A DNA stretch of 51,852 nt from contig JAYKGY010000053.1 of NCBI GenBank assembly GCA_035285545.1, positions 1 through 51,852 on the forward strand, read 5' to 3'. The stretch comes from Snowella sp. GTDB lineage: Bacteria; Cyanobacteriota; Cyanobacteriia; Cyanobacteriales; Microcystaceae. This document shows, in pieces, positions 40,197 to 50,198 of the stretch; the first letter of the stretch is position 1, and each line of letters begins with the position of its first letter. The notes under the pieces are model-generated. The model was not told the origin of the DNA. It ran no database searches and saw only the letters and a list, made by a program, of their open reading frames with translations. A program made the position numbers and the translations under genes.

Positions 40197-40946
40197 ATGC
40201 AGCAATCAGAATCAAAAATTGCGTTACTAATTGACGCAGACAATGCTCCCGCATCCAAGATTGAGGCGATCGTATCTGAAGTTGCAAAGTATGGAGTTGC
40301 CAATATTCGTAGAGCTTACGGAAATTGGAAGAGTCCTGCTCTCAAAGCGTGGGAAGAATGCCTGCACGAATATGCTATTCGTCCTGTCCAACAGTTCGAT
40401 TATACAAAGGGCAAAAATGCTACTGATGCGGCAATGATTATTGATGCCATGGATTTACTGTACACCCAACAGTTGGATGCTTTTGCTGTTGTATCCAGTG
40501 ATTGTGATTTTACCCCTTTAGTAATGCGAATTTTGACCAATGGTTTAAAAGTTTATGGATTTGGGGAGAAGAAAACCCCTTTGCCTTTTGTTTACGCCTG
40601 TTCAACATTTTTGTATTTAGAAACCATTGATCAATCGGTTCATTCAGAGGAGCCTTCCAAAGCTTCAGCCCATGTCAAAAAAACGGGTAAAGAGTTGAAG
40701 CAAGACACCAAGTTGCTCAGTTTATTAAGAAGTGCTGTTGCTAGCACGTTAGATGATGATGGTTGGGCAAATTTAGCAGAGATTGGGGGACATATTGCCA
40801 ATCAGGCCTCTTTTGATCCCCGTAACTATGGTTATGCTAAGCTCAGTGGTTTGTTCGAGGCGATTGATTTATTTGAGGTTCAACGGAAGAATCAAACCGT
40901 CTATGTGAGAAGTAAGCAAAAAACTAGCAGTCCTCAAAAATCATAA
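40197..40946 (+). CDS. NYN domain (PIN-like RNase) protein with a C-terminal OST-HTH/LOTUS domain
   Basis: LLIDADN, GKNATD..M.IDAMD and SSDCDF motifs; DDGWA.L..IG......SFDPRNYGY.KLS.L. Confidence 0.9.
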   Translation: MQQSESKIALLIDADNAPASKIEAIVSEVAKYGVANIRRAYGNWKSPALKAWEECLHEYAIRPVQQFDYTKGKNATDAAMIIDAMDLLYTQQLDAFAVVSSDCDFTPLVMRILTNGLKVYGFGEKKTPLPFVYACSTFLYLETIDQSVHSEEPSKASAHVKKTGKELKQDTKLLSLLRSAVASTLDDDGWANLAEIGGHIANQASFDPRNYGYAKLSGLFEAIDLFEVQRKNQTVYVRSKQKTSSPQKS

Positions 40947-40974
40947 AGCATAGGCAGTCAGGTTGTGATAAAAA

Positions 40975-40999
40975 ACCGCCACTGAGGGTTGGGCGGTTA
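40975..40999. terminator. putative intrinsic terminator hairpin
   Basis: AACCGCC...GGCGGTT stem with an A-run on the left side, between convergent genes. Confidence 0.5.
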
Positions 41000-41099
41000 T
41001 CTAGCAATCGGAGGGTGATATTGACTTTATGTCTTAACTTTAGGCTATGGCTAAATAATCTAGAATTATGTAGCCTAGATCACAAAATCCTGTCAAATG

Positions 41100-42062
41100 T
41101 CAGGGTTTAGTTGCATAAGTGCTTAGGGGTTCTTTGATAAAGCGAATATAAAAATGCTTGAAGGTAGAACGTAGGACTCTGGGTAAACCAAAATCAATTG
41201 GCATTAAGGCTTCGGGAAATTTCCAATCATTGATTTGTAGCTCACGGGGGTGTAACAGGGGAAAGTCAATCTCAGCGAGATCAACGTCTAATCCTAAGCG
41301 TTTTTGAGCCGCTAGGGTGGGCACAAGCTCCGGATCGATTTGTACAATATCGGCCATCACCGAATCCAGGGCAAATACATTGCTCGAAGCCGCTAAAATA
41401 CCCAGGGGACGGGGCACCCCATTGGCAGGGCCATTACCTTCGTGGCCAATAATGCCATCTAAAATCGTTAAGTTGGGATTAATCGCCTTAGCCGTTTCCA
41501 CTAACATTTCCCCAAAGCGATCGCTGTCTTTTCCCGCTTCCATGTGCCACCAGGCTTTCATTTTTCCAGGAACGCAGCCAAAGAGATTTTTAACGCCCAA
41601 AGTCAGGGTTAATTGTACATGGGACTTAATCTTCGGCAAATTAATCACCACATCTGCATCCATCGCCTCTTTGCATAAACGCAAATGGTTAAAATTATCG
41701 CTTTCGGTGGCGTAACGTTGGCCGCTGAACTCTACAATAGGCATTTCCAATTCTTCGACCCAGGGAAGATAACCGTTAGCTTCTGCAACCCCTCTAGCAC
41801 TCCCAAAGGCAGGACTATCTCCCAAAAAAGGCTTTCCCCCAACAGATTGCACTAATTTAGCCACGCAATAGACCAATTCAGGACGGGTGATGCATTCTTT
41901 GCCAGGACGACCCCCTGTTAATAAATTGGGTTTTAATAACACGCGATCGCCCGCTTTGACAAAAGCCCCAATTCCCCCCAAGGGTTCTAATAAGGCTTGT
42001 AGGGAAAGGGATAAATGTTCAATTTCGTAGGAATCAGCACGGAATAAACTAACGGTCGGCAT
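41100..42062 (-). CDS. DUF362 domain protein
   Basis: GDRVLLKPNLL, INLPKIKSH...TLGVKNLFG and DGIIGHEGNGP motifs. Confidence 0.9.
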   Translation of the reverse strand: MPTVSLFRADSYEIEHLSLSLQALLEPLGGIGAFVKAGDRVLLKPNLLTGGRPGKECITRPELVYCVAKLVQSVGGKPFLGDSPAFGSARGVAEANGYLPWVEELEMPIVEFSGQRYATESDNFNHLRLCKEAMDADVVINLPKIKSHVQLTLTLGVKNLFGCVPGKMKAWWHMEAGKDSDRFGEMLVETAKAINPNLTILDGIIGHEGNGPANGVPRPLGILAASSNVFALDSVMADIVQIDPELVPTLAAQKRLGLDVDLAEIDFPLLHPRELQINDWKFPEALMPIDFGLPRVLRSTFKHFYIRFIKEPLSTYATKP

Positions 42063-42099
42063 AATCGGCTTAGGTAAGGTTTAATTCAACCTATCTTAC

Positions 42100-43239
42100 C
42101 TAGTTTCCAAATCCTTTGCCACGAGTCGTTGCAGGCAGATTGAGACAATTTTCCAGTTGTTCCCGTAGGCGGTCATGATCGAGGTTTTGACCAATGAGAA
42201 CTAATTGGTTTTTTTCTTGATCTTTCCATTCACTGTCTTCTAGGGTAAACCGCTTACCACTCAGGTGGAAAATGTGGCGTTTAGGGCTTTCTTTAAACCA
42301 CAAGATCCCTTTGGCGCGAAAAACAGTAGCAGGCAGCTCATTATCGAGAAAATATTGAAATTTACGAATCGAAAAAGGCTTATCACTTTCAAAGGAAAGG
42401 GAGGTAAAACCATCATTTTCTAAGTGATTGGAGTGGTGATGGTGGTGGTGATGATGCCCGTGATCGTGGTGGTCATGGTTGCATTCGGGCGTGCATTCAT
42501 GGTCGTGATCGTGGTGGTGGTGATGTTCATGATCATGATCGTGGTGATGATGGTCATGATGCTCATCCTCTGCATCAAAGTAGCGATCGGATTCAAACAA
42601 GCCCACACTGAGGACTAGGGGTAACGGCACTTGAGCTTTGGTGGTACGAAGAATGCGGGCCGATTCTTTCATATCGCGGATTCTGACTTCTAGGGCATCG
42701 ACATCGGCTTCATCCACTAAATCGGTTTTATTGAGAACAATAATATCCCCATAGGAAATTTGGCTATAGGCCGCTTCACTATTGAATAAATCCAGACTAA
42801 AGTTCTCGCAATCCACCAGGGTAATGATGGAATCTAAACGGGTCATATCCCGTAATTCGGTTCCTAAAAAGGTGAGGGCAACGGGTAAAGGGTCAGCCAG
42901 TCCGGTGGTTTCTACGACTAAATAATCGACTTTTTCAGGACGTTCTAAAATGTTATAAACTGCTTCGACTAAATCATCATTAATCGTGCAACAAACACAA
43001 CCATTACTGAGTTCTATGGTCGTTTCACCTGTTTGGATAATCAGTTCGTTATCAATGCCAATTTCGCCAAATTCGTTGACCAACACTGCAACTTTTAAAC
43101 CTTGTTGGTTCGTTAAAATATGATTTAATAAAGTCGTTTTTCCACTTCCTAAAAAGCCTGTAATGATGGTAACAGGTAAGCCGTGTTTGGGGATATCCAT
43201 CGCGATCGCTGGTGCGGGTTGTTGATCAACAGTCTGCAT
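42100..43239 (-). CDS. CobW/COG0523 family metallochaperone GTPase with a His-rich linker
   Basis: GFLGSGKTT, NEFG, GCVCC, ETTG and NKTD motifs; poly-His tract. Confidence 0.93.
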   Translation of the reverse strand: MQTVDQQPAPAIAMDIPKHGLPVTIITGFLGSGKTTLLNHILTNQQGLKVAVLVNEFGEIGIDNELIIQTGETTIELSNGCVCCTINDDLVEAVYNILERPEKVDYLVVETTGLADPLPVALTFLGTELRDMTRLDSIITLVDCENFSLDLFNSEAAYSQISYGDIIVLNKTDLVDEADVDALEVRIRDMKESARILRTTKAQVPLPLVLSVGLFESDRYFDAEDEHHDHHHHDHDHEHHHHHDHDHECTPECNHDHHDHGHHHHHHHHSNHLENDGFTSLSFESDKPFSIRKFQYFLDNELPATVFRAKGILWFKESPKRHIFHLSGKRFTLEDSEWKDQEKNQLVLIGQNLDHDRLREQLENCLNLPATTRGKGFGN

Positions 43240-43387
43240 AGTTTTATGGGGATAATTTTGCCTATTGATATGGTTCTTATGGTATCACGCCTAGTTTGGC
43301 GATCGCTACCGCCCGATAATTGATGCAGAAGGTTATAATTGCCTACTTGGGGACGTTATGACCTAGTGAATCATTGAGCTTGGAAGC

Positions 43388-44581
43388 ATGAATCGATTTC
43401 AGCGATCGCTGTTTTTAGTGATATTAAGTGTTTGTGTCTTGTTATTGACGATTGGGATTCAAACCGAAGTGCGTGGCCAGTCTCGAATAACCGAAGGTCG
43501 AGGGGTCTGGCTAACTAATATTGATAGTGATGTTTTATTCGACGCAGATAAAACGAAAACGGGCATTGACACCCTTGCTAAGTTGAAATTTAATACCCTC
43601 TATCCCACTATCTGGAATTGGGGTTATACTCTCTATCCCAGTCAGGTGGCAAAAGCCGTTACAGGTTATGAAATCGACCCGACCGAAGGGTTACAAAATC
43701 GGGATGTGTTACAGGAAATTGTCACCCAAGGACATCAACAAAAAATGATCGTGATTCCTTGGTTTGAGTTTGGTTTCATGGCTCCTGCGGATTCTGCCTT
43801 AGCCCGCAACCAGGCCGATTGGTTAACCCAAAAACCTGACGGGAATAAGATTTGGCTAGAAGGAAAGACCCATGAGCGCGTCTGGCTAAATCCCCTCCGT
43901 CCTGATGTTCAAAAATTTATTAGTAACCTCATCTTAGAAGTCGTTCAAAACTATGACGTTGATGGGATTCAGTTGGATGATCACTTTGGTTATCCGGCGG
44001 ATTTTGGTTACGATGCCTTTACTCTCAAGCTCTATCAACAAGACCATGCAGGGAAGTTACCGCCCCATCCCCCTGTCTTAGATCCCCAAGCTGATTGTGT
44101 GGTGGCTGATGCTGCTTGGCAAGAATGGGTAAATTGGCGATCGCAGAAAATTACCCAATATATGACGCAACTGTACCAACAGATCAAAGCTGTTAAGCCC
44201 GATCTCGTCGTTTCTGTGTCTCCTAATCCTCAAACCTTTTCTAAAAATTGTTTTCTTTTGGACTGGCAAACTTGGGAGCGACGGGGCTTGATAGAAGAAT
44301 TAGCCTTGCAAGTGTATCGCAATCAACTTACTGACTTTCAACGGGCACTCCAAAAACCTGAAGTTCAAACGGCTAAACAACATATTCCCGTAATTGTTGG
44401 CGTATTATCGGGGCTAAAAAATCGAGCCATTCCCATGACCCAAATTCAAGAACAAGTTCAGTTCATTCGGCAGGAAAAATTTCAGGGAGCCTCCTTCTTT
44501 TTCTACGAAAGTCTGTGGAATTTAGGCAAGGAATCGCCCGCAGAACGACAAAAGCAATGGCAGAAATTATTGGCCCGTTAA
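43388..44581 (+). CDS. GHL10/DUF187 (YddW-like) glycoside hydrolase
   Basis: RGVWLTNID, IPWFEFG and YDVDGIQLDDHF motifs; signal peptide. Confidence 0.88.
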   Translation: MNRFQRSLFLVILSVCVLLLTIGIQTEVRGQSRITEGRGVWLTNIDSDVLFDADKTKTGIDTLAKLKFNTLYPTIWNWGYTLYPSQVAKAVTGYEIDPTEGLQNRDVLQEIVTQGHQQKMIVIPWFEFGFMAPADSALARNQADWLTQKPDGNKIWLEGKTHERVWLNPLRPDVQKFISNLILEVVQNYDVDGIQLDDHFGYPADFGYDAFTLKLYQQDHAGKLPPHPPVLDPQADCVVADAAWQEWVNWRSQKITQYMTQLYQQIKAVKPDLVVSVSPNPQTFSKNCFLLDWQTWERRGLIEELALQVYRNQLTDFQRALQKPEVQTAKQHIPVIVGVLSGLKNRAIPMTQIQEQVQFIRQEKFQGASFFFYESLWNLGKESPAERQKQWQKLLAR

Positions 44582-44685
44582 GGGGAAAAAGTGTTAAATT
44601 TTTGCGATTATTTCTCTATTCGCAGACAAATTCACCGTAGAATGATACGCGATTATCCAATTAAATCCTTCGATTGGGTTCAAAA

Positions 44686-47319
44686 ATGAAATTTCGCGCT
44701 TTTTCGTTTGGTTTTATTGCGGTATTAACATTTGGTTTGTGCCTCCTCTTTCCCCTTTCGCAAAATTTACCCAGTATTGCTCAAGAACCGCCCGTTACTG
44801 CGCCTTTAGCTCAGCCGGATCAGGATAGTTCCCTCGCTACCCAGAACCAGACGGCTCGAAATTTGTACCATCAGGGACAACTCACCGAAGCGATCGCGCT
44901 CTGGGAAAAAGTAGCTCAAGCCTATCAACAGCAAGGAAAAAGTGTTAATCAAGCCCAAATTTTAAGCTATCTGACCCTAGCCTATCAGCAACAGGGACAA
45001 TGGCCAGCCGCAGAACAAGCGATCGCCGATAGTTTGCAATTAGTTGAGGCAAACCCCACAGGAAAAGCCGTTTATGCAGAGAGTTTAAATACGGCGGGAA
45101 CCTTGCAACTCGCCAAAGGCCAAGCCAACCAAGCCTTAAAGTATTGGCAACAGGCAACCCAGATCTATCAGCAACTTAATGATTCAGACGGACTGTTGCG
45201 GACTCAAATTAATCAGGGCAGAGCCTTAAGAGCCTTGGGTCTTTATCCCCGCGCCTGTCAACAAATGCTACAAGCGTTAAAGCTACCGGCATCGACCTGT
45301 CAGAATTTAACCTTTGAGCAATTAACCCAGGCATTAATCGAACTGCCGCCGGAGTTAACCCCCTTACAAGTGGCAGGCTGGTTAACCTTTGGGGACACCC
45401 TGCGGGATGTGGGTCAATTGGGGGGATCGCAAACGGTGTTAGAAGGAATTTTGCCCCGCTTACCTGAAACCCAAAAAGCTAACGCGATCGCTTTCAGTTT
45501 AGGACAGACTCTACAGGCGAGTAAGGAAACCCAACTGGCTTTGGATTGGTATGGGAAAGCGGCTCAAACTCCGGTGAATTCAACGCTACAGGTTCAAGCT
45601 CAACTCGCTCAGTTACCGTTATTGATCGAACAAAAAAATTGGCAAAACGCGATCGCCCTCGTTCCCGCCATTGAGCAGATCTTACAATCCTTACCCCTCA
45701 GTCATCCACAAATTTATGCTCAGGTTAACTATGCGGAACGCTTAACGGAATTAAAACGCCAAAGCCCTTTGCAAACCGGCTTACCCACCTGGGAAGCGAT
45801 CGCGACTCGATTAGCCCAAGCCCAAAAAGATGCTCAAACGATTGGAGATCAACGAGGAGAAATCTATGCCTTGGGGAATTTAGGTCAAGTTTATGAACAA
45901 ACCCAACAATGGGCGATCGCGCAAAAACTAACCGAACAAGCTCTCCAGTTATCTCAAGGATTAAATGCCCCTGAATTGACCTATTTGTGGCAATGGCAAC
46001 TCGGACGGATTTTAGCGCAACAGAACCAACGGGAAGCCGCGATCGCTGCCTATGCAGGAGCCGTCGAAACCCTCAAACCCCTGAGCCAGGATTTAACCGC
46101 TAATACGGAATTTCGCTTTACGTTTCAGCAAGATGTAAGCTCTGTTTATCGGGAATTTATTAGCCTCCTCCTCTCTCCCAATGCCGAAGGCGAAATCAGC
46201 CAAAGTAATATCCGCCAAGCACGGGAGCAGATTGAATCCCTCCAAATCGAAGAATTGAATAACTTCTTTCGAGCAGTCTGTTTAACGGCAACCTCGGCAG
46301 ATATTGACCGATTAGATCCCAATGCAGCGATTTTATACCCCATTATCTTAGCCAATCGCCTCGCCATCATTCTTAGTTTACCGAATCAACCCCTTCAGGT
46401 TTATAACACCCCCCTTGATCCCGCCAAACTCGAAGACGCGATCGCGCAGTTACGCTATACCTTAGTAATTCGGAGCCGTCGAGACTTTTTCCCCCCTGCT
46501 CAAGCGCTTTATAACTGGCTGTTGCGACCCGTTGAGAAAAGTTTAGCCACCCAGCCCAATGTTAATACCTTAGTCTTTGTCCTTGATGGGCCATTACGCA
46601 ATATTCCCATTGCTGCCTTGTACGATGGCAAACAATTTCTCATTGAAAAATATCGATTAAGTATTACCCCAGGACTACGGCTGGTAACCCCTAGTGCGAT
46701 GACTGAAACTTCGACCAGAACCTTATTTGCGGGCATTAGCCAAAGCTCAGAACGATTAGGATTTACCCCCTTAAGCTATGTAAAGCAAGAACTCAAGGCA
46801 ATCCAATCTCAAGTGTCTAGTAGCACCTTGCTCAATGAAGCCTTTACCCCCGAAGCCTTGGATCGTTCCCTCACCTATCAATCCTTTCCCATTGTCCATT
46901 TAGCCACTCACGGACGCTTTAGCTCTCAGTTACAGGATACTTTTATTGCTACTTGGAATAAATTGCTCGATATTACGGAATTATCCAATCTTTTAAAAGC
47001 GACTAATCCCACTGGCGAGACAGGCATTGATCTATTGGTGTTAAGTGCCTGTGAAACCGCAGTAGGGGATGAGCGGGCAGCATTAGGGTTAGCAGGGATG
47101 GCGGTACGTTCAGGGGCTAGAAGTACGATCGCGACCCTGTGGTCAGTCAATGACGAAGCAACGGCTAAATTGATGGAGCAGTTATATTCTCAATTAACGA
47201 AGCAAAACATTGCTAAATCCGAGGCTCTACGGCAGGCCCAACTGGCTCTGTTAAGCGATCGCTGGTACAAGCATCCTTTTTACTGGGCACCCTATATTTT
47301 GGTTGGGAATTGGATGTAA
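44686..47319 (+). CDS. secreted TPR-repeat CHAT-domain (caspase-like) protein
   Basis: signal peptide; TPR repeats; VHLATHG and VLSACET catalytic dyad; ATLWSV.D and HPFYWAPY motifs. Confidence 0.92.
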   Translation: MKFRAFSFGFIAVLTFGLCLLFPLSQNLPSIAQEPPVTAPLAQPDQDSSLATQNQTARNLYHQGQLTEAIALWEKVAQAYQQQGKSVNQAQILSYLTLAYQQQGQWPAAEQAIADSLQLVEANPTGKAVYAESLNTAGTLQLAKGQANQALKYWQQATQIYQQLNDSDGLLRTQINQGRALRALGLYPRACQQMLQALKLPASTCQNLTFEQLTQALIELPPELTPLQVAGWLTFGDTLRDVGQLGGSQTVLEGILPRLPETQKANAIAFSLGQTLQASKETQLALDWYGKAAQTPVNSTLQVQAQLAQLPLLIEQKNWQNAIALVPAIEQILQSLPLSHPQIYAQVNYAERLTELKRQSPLQTGLPTWEAIATRLAQAQKDAQTIGDQRGEIYALGNLGQVYEQTQQWAIAQKLTEQALQLSQGLNAPELTYLWQWQLGRILAQQNQREAAIAAYAGAVETLKPLSQDLTANTEFRFTFQQDVSSVYREFISLLLSPNAEGEISQSNIRQAREQIESLQIEELNNFFRAVCLTATSADIDRLDPNAAILYPIILANRLAIILSLPNQPLQVYNTPLDPAKLEDAIAQLRYTLVIRSRRDFFPPAQALYNWLLRPVEKSLATQPNVNTLVFVLDGPLRNIPIAALYDGKQFLIEKYRLSITPGLRLVTPSAMTETSTRTLFAGISQSSERLGFTPLSYVKQELKAIQSQVSSSTLLNEAFTPEALDRSLTYQSFPIVHLATHGRFSSQLQDTFIATWNKLLDITELSNLLKATNPTGETGIDLLVLSACETAVGDERAALGLAGMAVRSGARSTIATLWSVNDEATAKLMEQLYSQLTKQNIAKSEALRQAQLALLSDRWYKHPFYWAPYILVGNWM

Positions 47320-47352
47320 AACCCTGCCAGATCCTTGACCTGACGTTGTTTC

Positions 47353-48510
47353 ATGTTCTTTCACTTTCCTAGACCCCCGTTAATAACCTTTCTGGGAAGC
47401 GCGATCGCGTTGAGTTTGGCCGTCATTTTACGAATTTCCCTGCTCCCCTACGAATCTACTGATGTCAGGGATTTTATTAGCCCTTGGTATGACTATATTG
47501 TGGCTCATGGCGGTTTTCCTGCACTAAAAGACAATTTTGCTAACTATACGCCCCCCTATCTTTACCTACTTGTCTTTGTTAGCACTTACTTGGCAAGCTT
47601 ATCCAAATTAACGGCCATTAAACTCATTACTTTTCCCTTTGAAGGATTATCTGCCTTTTTTGTTTATAAACTTGTTCATTTGCGATATCCCGTTGGCAAT
47701 TTATCCTTGATTGCTGCTTTCACCCTGCTTTTTTCCCCAACCTTAGTTTTAAATGGAGCCTACTGGGGACAGTGTGATGTGATCTATGCAACCGGATTAT
47801 TGGGCTGTCTTTATTTTGTTAGTATTGGGCGCATCAATTGGGCTTTGATTGCGTTGGGGATTGCTTTTTCTTTTAAACAACAAGCACTATTCATTTCACC
47901 ATTTTTAATCGTTCTTTTTTTTAGAAAAATGATTCGATGGCAGTCTTTTTTATGGATTCCTTTAGTTTATTTAGTGATGATTATTCCCGCTCGACTTGCG
48001 GGCAGACCTTTAAAAGAATTAGTGTCTATTTATTTTAACCAAGCAACATCTTATCAATACCTAACGCTCAATGCACCGAATTTATATCAATGGATTCCCA
48101 ATGAATTTTATCGTCCTGTTGCGGCGATCGGTTTAATTATAACCCTAATTTTAATTATGCTATTAATCACTTTGGTAGTTGATTCGGAAGTTAAATTATC
48201 CCAGCCCCTCCTCATTCAATTAGCTTTAATTTCTGTCTTAATGATGCCCTACTTTTTACCCAAGATGCACGACCGCTACTTTTTCGCAGCCGATGTTTTC
48301 TCGATTGTTTTTGGGTTTTATTATCCCCAATACTTTTTTGTGCCCATTGCCATTAATTTAGTTTCCCTATTTACCTATATTTCTTTTTTTATCAGAAGTT
48401 TTATGATTCCGCCTTCCATCTTATCGTTATTTTTAGCGGGTGTTATTTTAGCCCTATTATATCTACTCAATCAAAGTTTGTATCCACCAGAGGATCAGGA
48501 AATAAAGTAA
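47353..48510 (+). CDS. GT-C fold membrane glycosyltransferase (mannosyltransferase-like)
   Basis: multi-TM; NYTPPYLYLL, WGQCD, FKQQA and LPKMHDRYF motifs. Confidence 0.75.
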   Translation: MFFHFPRPPLITFLGSAIALSLAVILRISLLPYESTDVRDFISPWYDYIVAHGGFPALKDNFANYTPPYLYLLVFVSTYLASLSKLTAIKLITFPFEGLSAFFVYKLVHLRYPVGNLSLIAAFTLLFSPTLVLNGAYWGQCDVIYATGLLGCLYFVSIGRINWALIALGIAFSFKQQALFISPFLIVLFFRKMIRWQSFLWIPLVYLVMIIPARLAGRPLKELVSIYFNQATSYQYLTLNAPNLYQWIPNEFYRPVAAIGLIITLILIMLLITLVVDSEVKLSQPLLIQLALISVLMMPYFLPKMHDRYFFAADVFSIVFGFYYPQYFFVPIAINLVSLFTYISFFIRSFMIPPSILSLFLAGVILALLYLLNQSLYPPEDQEIK

Positions 48511-48518
48511 AAAATATA

Positions 48519-50180
48519 TCAAACTGAAATAATTAGACCTAAGATACCTGCAAAAATAAGATAAAAAAGCAACGGCAGAAGCAACTTCCGCATTAAAATG
48601 CCTTCTCTTCCAACTAATCCGACGGTCGCCACTGCTGCCACAATATTAGAAACGGCAATCATATTTCCTGCTGCTGCCCCTACCACTTGCAGAGCGAGAA
48701 TATTCGGTGCTAATGTACCAATCTGCTCGGCGACTCCAAACTGAAACAATGAAAACATCAAATTACTGACGGTCACACTTCCCGACACAAACGCACCGAT
48801 CATTCCAATAATGGGTGCAAAAAGTGGCCATAACTGCCCCGCTAAACTTGATGCCCCTTCTGCCAGCGTTAAGGGCATACTGGCAAGCCCAGCTTCGTTA
48901 ACGCCCGAATTAATGAATACTTTCGCCATTGGGACTGATGCTCCGATCGCCAGTGCTGTAGCCACTAACTTTCGAGCAGCCCCTACACTTGCCCGTTGAA
49001 TTTGTTGGGGTTTCATTTGATGGAGAAAATAGGTGACAGCCACGGTAGCAATAAATAAGGTGCCAGGCAAAAATAATGGCTGACTACTAATGCTGACGGT
49101 CGTTCCGAAAATATCGACAAAATTGACTTTAACTGACTGTAGCCACTGACGAAAGGGAAGATTCCGCAATCGAGACAGCACCAAAAAGAGGCTAACCAAA
49201 ACATAGGGAGTCCAGGCTTTTATGGCCGTCATTTCAACCATTTTATCGGAAATTTTTTCGGAACTTTTACCATTCCAAGGCGACGGCCACTGGTTTCGGT
49301 CAGGAAAATCCCAAATTTCCTTGGGCGTTAAGAAACCTCGCTTGGCAGCAGGAATAACCACCATTAATCCCACCAGTCCCCCAAGAAGGGAAGGAAATTC
49401 TGGCCCGATCCAAAACGCCGTCAAAGCGTAGGGAATGGTAAATGCTAATCCTGCAAACAGAGAAAATCCTAAAACGGGTAGAGCATCCCGCCAGGATTTG
49501 CGATCGCCGAACTCGGTAGTCAACATCACGGTTAACAAAAAGGGAATAAATATACCGATAATCGCCTGAACCAGTCCCGTTTTTGTGCCAATATTGGCAA
49601 GATAGTCGGAAAAACTTACCCCTAATCGGCTAATTTGTTGATCTACTGCCGAGGAGCCAGACAACCCACCACTAACACCGATCAAAATGGGTGTTCCAAT
49701 CGCACCAAAAGCAGAAGGGGTCGTCTGAATAATTAGGGCAATGAGAACGGCAGCCATTGCAGGAAAGCCAATCGCCACTAACAACGGTACGCAAATAACC
49801 GCAGGGGTTCCAAAGCCTGATGCTCCCTCAATAAAACAGCCGAATAACCAAGCAATTAAAATCGCCTGTATGCGACGATCTCGTGAGATGGTCAATAAAC
49901 TTTGACGAATTTTAGCGATCGCGCCCGATTCCTGCAAGGTATTAAGCAATAGGATTGCACCAAATACAATATAAAGAATCTCACAGGTCGTAACCCAGCC
50001 TTCCAGGGTAGAAGCGGCAATCTGTAAAAAAGACATTTTCCAGACCAATAAACCGATGATTGCAGTGACTAAATAGGCGATCGGCATGGCCTGGGTTGCT
50101 GGGCGATTGGCAATTACCAGCAGAAAAAAAGCTGTCAGGATAGGAATTAGGGCAAAAAGAGAATAAAGGGCCAGTTGCAT
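48519..50180 (-). CDS. lctP: L-lactate/glycolate permease (LctP family)
   Basis: DRRIQAILIAWLFG.FIEGA.GFGTP, FGAIGTP and GS.T.SNLMF motifs. Confidence 0.92.
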   Translation of the reverse strand: MQLALYSLFALIPILTAFFLLVIANRPATQAMPIAYLVTAIIGLLVWKMSFLQIAASTLEGWVTTCEILYIVFGAILLLNTLQESGAIAKIRQSLLTISRDRRIQAILIAWLFGCFIEGASGFGTPAVICVPLLVAIGFPAMAAVLIALIIQTTPSAFGAIGTPILIGVSGGLSGSSAVDQQISRLGVSFSDYLANIGTKTGLVQAIIGIFIPFLLTVMLTTEFGDRKSWRDALPVLGFSLFAGLAFTIPYALTAFWIGPEFPSLLGGLVGLMVVIPAAKRGFLTPKEIWDFPDRNQWPSPWNGKSSEKISDKMVEMTAIKAWTPYVLVSLFLVLSRLRNLPFRQWLQSVKVNFVDIFGTTVSISSQPLFLPGTLFIATVAVTYFLHQMKPQQIQRASVGAARKLVATALAIGASVPMAKVFINSGVNEAGLASMPLTLAEGASSLAGQLWPLFAPIIGMIGAFVSGSVTVSNLMFSLFQFGVAEQIGTLAPNILALQVVGAAAGNMIAVSNIVAAVATVGLVGREGILMRKLLLPLLFYLIFAGILGLIISV

Positions 50181-50198
50181 AGAGGCTAATTTAATAAT

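Noticed and set aside
42420..42618. Repetitive ORFs and repeat-like DNA (possible array)
   Set aside because: These are alternative frames of the His-rich codon tract of the CobW-like gene; it is not a CRISPR or a separate gene.
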